Shown here in pieces: positions 15,373 through 20,000 of a stretch of 20,000 bases of DNA; within the stretch, counting starts at the first letter, position 1; each line of letters starts with the position of its first letter. The notes beneath the pieces were generated by a model. It was not told the DNA's origin. It worked only from the letters and a program-made list of their open reading frames with translations, and did not search any database. This stretch comes from an uncultured virus (IMG/VR IMGVR_UViG_3300027406_000071) (Duplodnaviria; Heunggongvirae; Uroviricota; Caudoviricetes): the IMG/VR virus record IMGVR_UViG_3300027406_000071. One strand, 5' to 3'. A program made the translations under genes and the position numbers.

Positions 15373-15389
15373 GTATTATATATCAAATA

Positions 15390-15644
15390 CTATAATTTAT
15401 GTTTGAATTCCTTTAGATATAAACACTTTTCATATTCTTCTTGTTTCTCAAAATATGAAATCATTTCATCTAAATCATCTTCAGTTGGTGTTGCATCGGG
15501 TTCTATAAAAAATACTGGCATCATATCATCAGGAAATTCTTGACCTTCTTCAACAATTATAAAGGACAAATACACTAATAATTGTTCAAGTGTTGCACCT
15601 CCAGATAATAATTGATATGAATTTTCTATTGATTGTCCGTACAT
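15390..15644 (-). CDS. Hypothetical protein with UVR-like C-terminal motif (EEYEKC)
   Basis: 84-aa acidic ORF ending YFEKQEEYEKCLYLK. Confidence 0.7.
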   Translation of the reverse strand: MYGQSIENSYQLLSGGATLEQLLVYLSFIIVEEGQEFPDDMMPVFFIEPDATPTEDDLDEMISYFEKQEEYEKCLYLKEFKHKL

Positions 15645-15647
15645 TCT

Positions 15648-16286
15648 TTACCAGTTTTTCTTATATTTATCGCCATCCACCCAAGAGAACAATCTTGTTT
15701 CTTCGACGTCATGTAATACTATTGTTTTATCAGTTACTTTATCATCGTAAAACCATTCATATCCAAATAATGCAACATCAGTGTCCATTGTTTTGATAAT
15801 CTGATTATTAAATGTCTTACATCCATGTGCCCAATAAATATTATCTCCATAACATTCTAAACATTCATTAATAACTCTACTATTTGGTGCAGAACCATAA
15901 ACTGTACAATCTATTAATGTGTTATTTTCTTGTGTAGGTTTCATACCTGCAAAGAATGTGTGTTGTGGTGAAAGGTGTGCTAAACATTCATCAAATGGTC
16001 TGATAGGTTTTGCATCTAAATCACAGTAAACTCCACCATAATCTCTAAGTATAAGTATTCTAACTCTATCTGCAATAAAAGCCCATTTATAAACTTCTGG
16101 CTCTGTTATATAATTTTGTAAAAACTTATCATTTTTATAGACATCATTAAAGACCATATCATGTGTCCATAATGTATATTCCCAATCAGGATGCATGGCT
16201 TGCATCTCTTCTCCAAATTTCACACACCATGCTGGTGGCTCTTTTTCTCCAATCCAAACTTGATGAATTTTCTTAGGTATTTTCAT
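15648..16286 (-). CDS. Glycosyltransferase, GT32/OCH1-like (DXD)
   Basis: IPKKIHQVW, ADRVR and YGGVYCDLD motifs. Confidence 0.9.
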   Translation of the reverse strand: MKIPKKIHQVWIGEKEPPAWCVKFGEEMQAMHPDWEYTLWTHDMVFNDVYKNDKFLQNYITEPEVYKWAFIADRVRILILRDYGGVYCDLDAKPIRPFDECLAHLSPQHTFFAGMKPTQENNTLIDCTVYGSAPNSRVINECLECYGDNIYWAHGCKTFNNQIIKTMDTDVALFGYEWFYDDKVTDKTIVLHDVEETRLFSWVDGDKYKKNW

Positions 16287-16310
16287 AAATTATAACTATT
16301 TTTTATATTT

Positions 16311-16340
16311 ATTTTATCGTTTAAATCTATATTGTTTCAC
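16311..16340 (-). promoter_or_regulatory. Class II promoter-like motif GTGAAA-N18-TAAAAT
   Basis: Matches the other three copies; upstream of the glycosyltransferase. Confidence 0.55.
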
Positions 16341-16919
16341 ATATTTAAACAGATTGTAATTCACAGCACACTCTTCTCGTTCTGGGTGCCATTGAACTGC
16401 AAGGATTTTCTTTTCTTCGTCCTCTATTGCCTCAGGAATATAATATCCATCAAATGACATACATGTTATTTTAAAATTAGGTGCTATCTTTGAACACCAT
16501 TGGTGATGTCTTGAATTAACTTCAAACATACCATCTTCTAGATCTTTTACGTAATGATATTGTGATTGTTTTCCACTATGATCAACATCTTCAGAGAAAA
16601 CATCGCTTTGGTGAAATTCAACAACTCTTTCTAATAAATCTTCAACCTTTCCTCCAAAATAATAATTTAAAATTTGCATACCTTTACAAATTCCAATTAT
16701 TGGCTGTTCACATTCTATGGCTAATTCTATCCAATGTAATTCTTTTTGATCTCTTTCTATATTTTTGCCAATATCTGCTCCTCCACATAAAAGTAGTGGT
16801 GCATCAAGATTTTTGTACCTAAGATCCAGAATGATTGGATCGAATCCTTCAGATTTAATCCAATTAATATACATTTCCTTTTCTTTTAGGCCTTTAGGTG
16901 GCGCTACAAATATCTTCAA
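16314..16919 (-). CDS. Class I glutamine amidotransferase, peptidase C26 / PuuD-like
   Basis: GGADI, GICKGMQILN, VNSRHHQ and VQWHPE motifs; TTG start. Confidence 0.88.
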   Translation of the reverse strand: MKIFVAPPKGLKEKEMYINWIKSEGFDPIILDLRYKNLDAPLLLCGGADIGKNIERDQKELHWIELAIECEQPIIGICKGMQILNYYFGGKVEDLLERVVEFHQSDVFSEDVDHSGKQSQYHYVKDLEDGMFEVNSRHHQWCSKIAPNFKITCMSFDGYYIPEAIEDEEKKILAVQWHPEREECAVNYNLFKYVKQYRFKR

Positions 16920-16963
16920 AATATTAAATGTTTTTCAATACTCTAATAGTATCTATTCATTTT

Positions 16964-18259
16964 TTAAAAGTCTCTAGTAGTTTCATAAATAGCTTTAATT
17001 ACAGGAAATCTTAGTGAATTAGTACCATTCATATTTGTTGTTTCTTCAAAGTATTGGATAGTAACTTGTTTCCCAACTATTTCATTTGGATTCTGAAAAT
17101 AATGACGTCTTTGATCATGATTAAAACCACTTCCAACTTGAACAGGATTTCCTTTATGTTCTATAATAATATTCTTTAACATTAATTCAGAAACTTCTGC
17201 GCCATCAACAATAACTCTTTGAATGTCGTTTTCTACACCAACTACAATATATTCTTCATCGTGCATTTGTTTTACTTTAAGAACCTCATCAGATCTTTTA
17301 CCTTTATATGCAGTGTTCTTACGTAACATAAGTCCTTCCCATCCACCTTCTTTTGACATATCCATCATTCTAGAGAATACTTCATCATCACAGTCTAATT
17401 GCTCAAGAACTCCAATAAATTGATGTCCATCTTCAACAATATTATATAGATTATTAATACGCTCATTAAATGTAGTCAAACTAGTTTTATCTTGAAATTC
17501 TTTAAGAGTTAGAAAATCAAACATCCAATAATATGGATTTTCAATAGTGTGATCTTTACGTTTAATTTCTTTAATAATATTTTGGAAATCCTCATCTCCG
17601 TTTTCATCTAACATACAAATCTCTCCATCAAAAACCATATTGGAAAGATTCAATGCTCTCAACTCTGGTTTTAAATTATCAAGTGTTAAGAATTCTTTTC
17701 CTGATCTTGAGAAAAACTTAGGTTCTCCATCACCATCAATAATACAAATACATCGACATCCATCTAATTTACGACTAACTTGCCATCCATCATTCCAATC
17801 AACTTTCTTTTGAGTTTTTTCATCAAATGCTTTTGCTAATGCAACATCAAATGTTGGGATAAGATTAGGAATTGCCTTATTAATAGTAGATGCAGTTGAT
17901 CTTGTCTTAAGATTACGATCCAGAATGTTCCAGATTAAATCCTCGAATAGTGGATTTTCTCTAACATATCGATTAACATTAGCAATTGCGTTGTGACCAG
18001 TGACTACTCTGTCATTCAGATCATTAAGTAAAAGAAAGAAATCACCATAAGTATTAGGATGACCTAACAAATCTGAATTCTTTTTACAGTTTGCTGAAGT
18101 TACACCATATTGAAGATATGTATTATATGTGTAGTACAGCGCATTTCTAACCGATTCATATTGACTATATTCTTTTAAGACATTTATTTTGTCTGTGTTT
18201 GAATTAGTTGAATTTGAAACTTCAACGAAATCATGTATTAATTGGAAATCTGTTCTCAT
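16964..18259 (-). CDS. ATP-dependent DNA ligase
   Basis: KLDGCR adenylation motif, FDGEI, EGLML, LKVK, VGSGF and SLRFP. Confidence 0.95.
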   Translation of the reverse strand: MRTDFQLIHDFVEVSNSTNSNTDKINVLKEYSQYESVRNALYYTYNTYLQYGVTSANCKKNSDLLGHPNTYGDFFLLLNDLNDRVVTGHNAIANVNRYVRENPLFEDLIWNILDRNLKTRSTASTINKAIPNLIPTFDVALAKAFDEKTQKKVDWNDGWQVSRKLDGCRCICIIDGDGEPKFFSRSGKEFLTLDNLKPELRALNLSNMVFDGEICMLDENGDEDFQNIIKEIKRKDHTIENPYYWMFDFLTLKEFQDKTSLTTFNERINNLYNIVEDGHQFIGVLEQLDCDDEVFSRMMDMSKEGGWEGLMLRKNTAYKGKRSDEVLKVKQMHDEEYIVVGVENDIQRVIVDGAEVSELMLKNIIIEHKGNPVQVGSGFNHDQRRHYFQNPNEIVGKQVTIQYFEETTNMNGTNSLRFPVIKAIYETTRDF

Positions 18260-18261
18260 AA

Positions 18262-18375
18262 TTATATCATTTTTAAAAGATTACTAACTAGTAGAATCAT
18301 GTATAATCCAAAGGCTACGGTTAATACAATATCTACGCTATCTATATTTTGTACAATTGATTTTATTTTTCTCAT
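18262..18375 (-). CDS. 37-aa membrane microprotein (MRKIKSIVQNIDSVDIVLTVAFGLY...)
   Basis: Hand-translated; fills the gap exactly. Confidence 0.55.
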   Translation of the reverse strand: MRKIKSIVQNIDSVDIVLTVAFGLYMILLVSNLLKMI

Positions 18376-18376
18376 A

Positions 18377-18550
18377 TTATAAATCGTTATTTAAGTGGCT
18401 TCTAAAACCCATAACAGGCGTGTGGCCAACAATTTTATTTTTACGTTGCTCAATCATATTTCTTGTCATGATCAAAGTTTCAACATCTTCTTCAGTTTTT
18501 ACCCAATCTGTAAATAGGTAAGTCAGCAATCTTGATTTTAGCTTTTTCAT
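18377..18550 (-). CDS. Hypothetical protein (MKKLKSRLL...)
   Basis: Start moved to 18550. Confidence 0.65.
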   Translation of the reverse strand: MKKLKSRLLTYLFTDWVKTEEDVETLIMTRNMIEQRKNKIVGHTPVMGFRSHLNNDL

Positions 18551-18551
18551 A

Positions 18552-18944
18552 TTATGCAAATTTAGCTCTTAATTCTTTAATCTCTTCTTTTGATTCAAAT
18601 CCAATGATGTGAAATACTTCATTGCCTTCACCAAAATTAGGCTGTACAAAATTAGATATGATTAAATCATCCCAAATTTCGTTTAACCACCATGTTTCGA
18701 TGCCATCGATATTTTTTAGAAGATCTTCTTTGATAGATTCTAAAGTAAAACCATAACCATATCCTGATGACATGATAATCTTACCTAGTGTTTTAGCTGT
18801 ATCTAAATCGCTAAGCGCATTAATAGCAAATTCAATTTCTTTAATCATATGAGAAGAAACTTCTTGATTATATTTATACATCTCTCTTGACCAAGGTTTA
18901 GTGATCTCGATGCCGTGCTTGTAAATTTTTGGAATTTTTGACAT
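18552..18944 (-). CDS. Hypothetical protein
   Basis: 130-aa ORF downstream of a partial class I promoter. Confidence 0.75.
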   Translation of the reverse strand: MSKIPKIYKHGIEITKPWSREMYKYNQEVSSHMIKEIEFAINALSDLDTAKTLGKIIMSSGYGYGFTLESIKEDLLKNIDGIETWWLNEIWDDLIISNFVQPNFGEGNEVFHIIGFESKEEIKELRAKFA

Positions 18945-18973
18945 GTTTTTTATTTTTAGCTTTTTAATTACAG

Positions 18974-18987
18974 TACTAATATACCAC
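18974..18987 (-). promoter_or_regulatory. Partial class I promoter (proximal box GTGGTATATTAGTA only)
   Basis: Proximal box identical to the 12258 and 19923 copies; the distal ATGTCA box is absent. Confidence 0.6.
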
Positions 18988-19024
18988 TTTTATTTTAACG
19001 GGGAAAGCTTTTTGCTGTTTATTT

Positions 19025-19540
19025 TTAAAAGTTACGAACAATTACGTTTATACCGCATTTTTCATAAACCGCTTCCCAACCTTCTTCTCTGTTTGATCTA
19101 AATCCACTCTTATTAAGTATGTTGTCCTCTTCGCGAGTAATCCAACAAACTCCAGTGTGGTTTGACATTGCTTCTTTTAATTCTTCTTGAGATTGACACT
19201 TAACAAATGTTTGATAAGTTTCGTGATTTGTTGTTGTGTGTTCCCATAACATAATAGTTTTACCATCCTCATCTCTACCCAACATTTTACGGTCAGTGTA
19301 TATAAGATTAAATGGATCTTCTTCAATACCGTTCTCTTCAAAAAGTCTTATAATCTCTGTAGAAACATATTTAGGTGGTAAATCTGTCCACTTATAAATA
19401 GTACGCTTAAGAGCTTCTTTGATTTTCTTCTTTAAGAAATCATTTTTAGATGCTTGATAACTCTGAACAAAAGCCCACATAATTGGTAAGAACTGTTCGT
19501 TCCATTCTTGATGATCAACTGTGTTTGGTGCTTTTCTCAT
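19025..19540 (-). CDS. Hypothetical protein
   Basis: 171-aa ORF; WEH...CWITREED...L...Y...GI pattern is loosely HNH-like but unassigned. Confidence 0.75.
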   Translation of the reverse strand: MRKAPNTVDHQEWNEQFLPIMWAFVQSYQASKNDFLKKKIKEALKRTIYKWTDLPPKYVSTEIIRLFEENGIEEDPFNLIYTDRKMLGRDEDGKTIMLWEHTTTNHETYQTFVKCQSQEELKEAMSNHTGVCWITREEDNILNKSGFRSNREEGWEAVYEKCGINVIVRNF

Positions 19541-19653
19541 TATGATTTGTCTATTATATTTAAAGCTTCTTCGTAGCTTAAGTTAATTCCTCTTTCTTCT
19601 GCCATCATCATTTCTAATCTGGCTAAATGGTGTCTAAGATCTTGTGCTTTCAT
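19540..19653 (-). CDS. 37-aa hypothetical protein (MKAQDLRHHLARLEMM...)
   Basis: Hand-translated; TAATG overlap with the downstream gene. Confidence 0.55.
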   Translation of the reverse strand: MKAQDLRHHLARLEMMMAEERGINLSYEEALNIIDKS

Positions 19654-19654
19654 A

Positions 19655-19879
19655 TTATCTTTCTAAAATTACAACTGAACCAAATTCATTATCAAATACC
19701 TGAATTAGATTTTCATAATCACCTGACATCATTTTTTCTTGGATCTCTTTAATATAAGAATCACTCATGCCGATTTGTTTTCCAAAATTCTTAGCAAGTG
19801 CTATTAAATTAAATGCATTTCCTTGTGGACCTGTTAAGTCGATAACGATTTCTGATTTAGGTTTTTTTGATCTGATCAT
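19655..19879 (-). CDS. Conserved phage-type hypothetical protein (IDLTGPQGNAF motif)
   Basis: 74-aa ORF; motif recalled from small proteins of large myophages. Confidence 0.75.
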   Translation of the reverse strand: MIRSKKPKSEIVIDLTGPQGNAFNLIALAKNFGKQIGMSDSYIKEIQEKMMSGDYENLIQVFDNEFGSVVILER

Positions 19880-19894
19880 TTTTTATTGGTTTTA

Positions 19895-19957
19895 GTGAGG
19901 TAGTAACCTCCATTAGTATACTACTAATATACCACAAATATTTGACATAAAAAAATC
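19895..19957 (-). promoter_or_regulatory. Class I promoter-like repeat plus leader hairpin
   Basis: Near-identical to 12230-12292. Confidence 0.82.
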
Positions 19958-19992
19958 CGGAGCTAATTATTTTCAAATTAGTTTCCGGATTT
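19949..19992 (-). terminator. Intrinsic terminator of the upstream unit, overlapping the class I promoter
   Basis: Minus strand AAATCCGGAAACTAATT...AATTAGCTCCGGATTT followed by a T run. Confidence 0.7.
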
Positions 19993-20000
19993 ATATTTTG

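Overview
AT-rich, gene-dense window with every credible gene on the minus strand and the standard genetic code (TAA, TAG and TGA all end genes). Many short hypothetical ORFs are mixed with an ATP-dependent DNA ligase, PD-(D/E)XK exonuclease, CCA-adding enzyme, tRNA-Ala, NEIL1-like glycosylase and host-type genes (M42 peptidase, thioredoxin, PspC, Hc1, TIGR03643). This is most consistent with a large tailed phage of a Bacteroidota (Flavobacteria-like) host. That is an inference, since no structural genes are in the window. The strongest unexplained signals are: (1) an array of single-ORF cassettes at ~4390-5255, separated by a quasi-palindromic CTTT-AACACC-AAAG junction that supplies stop and start codons, with an inner 591-bp block bounded by 11-bp inverted repeats; (2) a ~400-nt, highly base-paired noncoding RNA candidate at 7961-8359 next to tRNA-Ala, plus a ~62-nt hairpin RNA ahead of a methyltransferase; (3) three distinct repeated promoter-like motifs; (4) a glycosylase resembling eukaryotic NEIL1.
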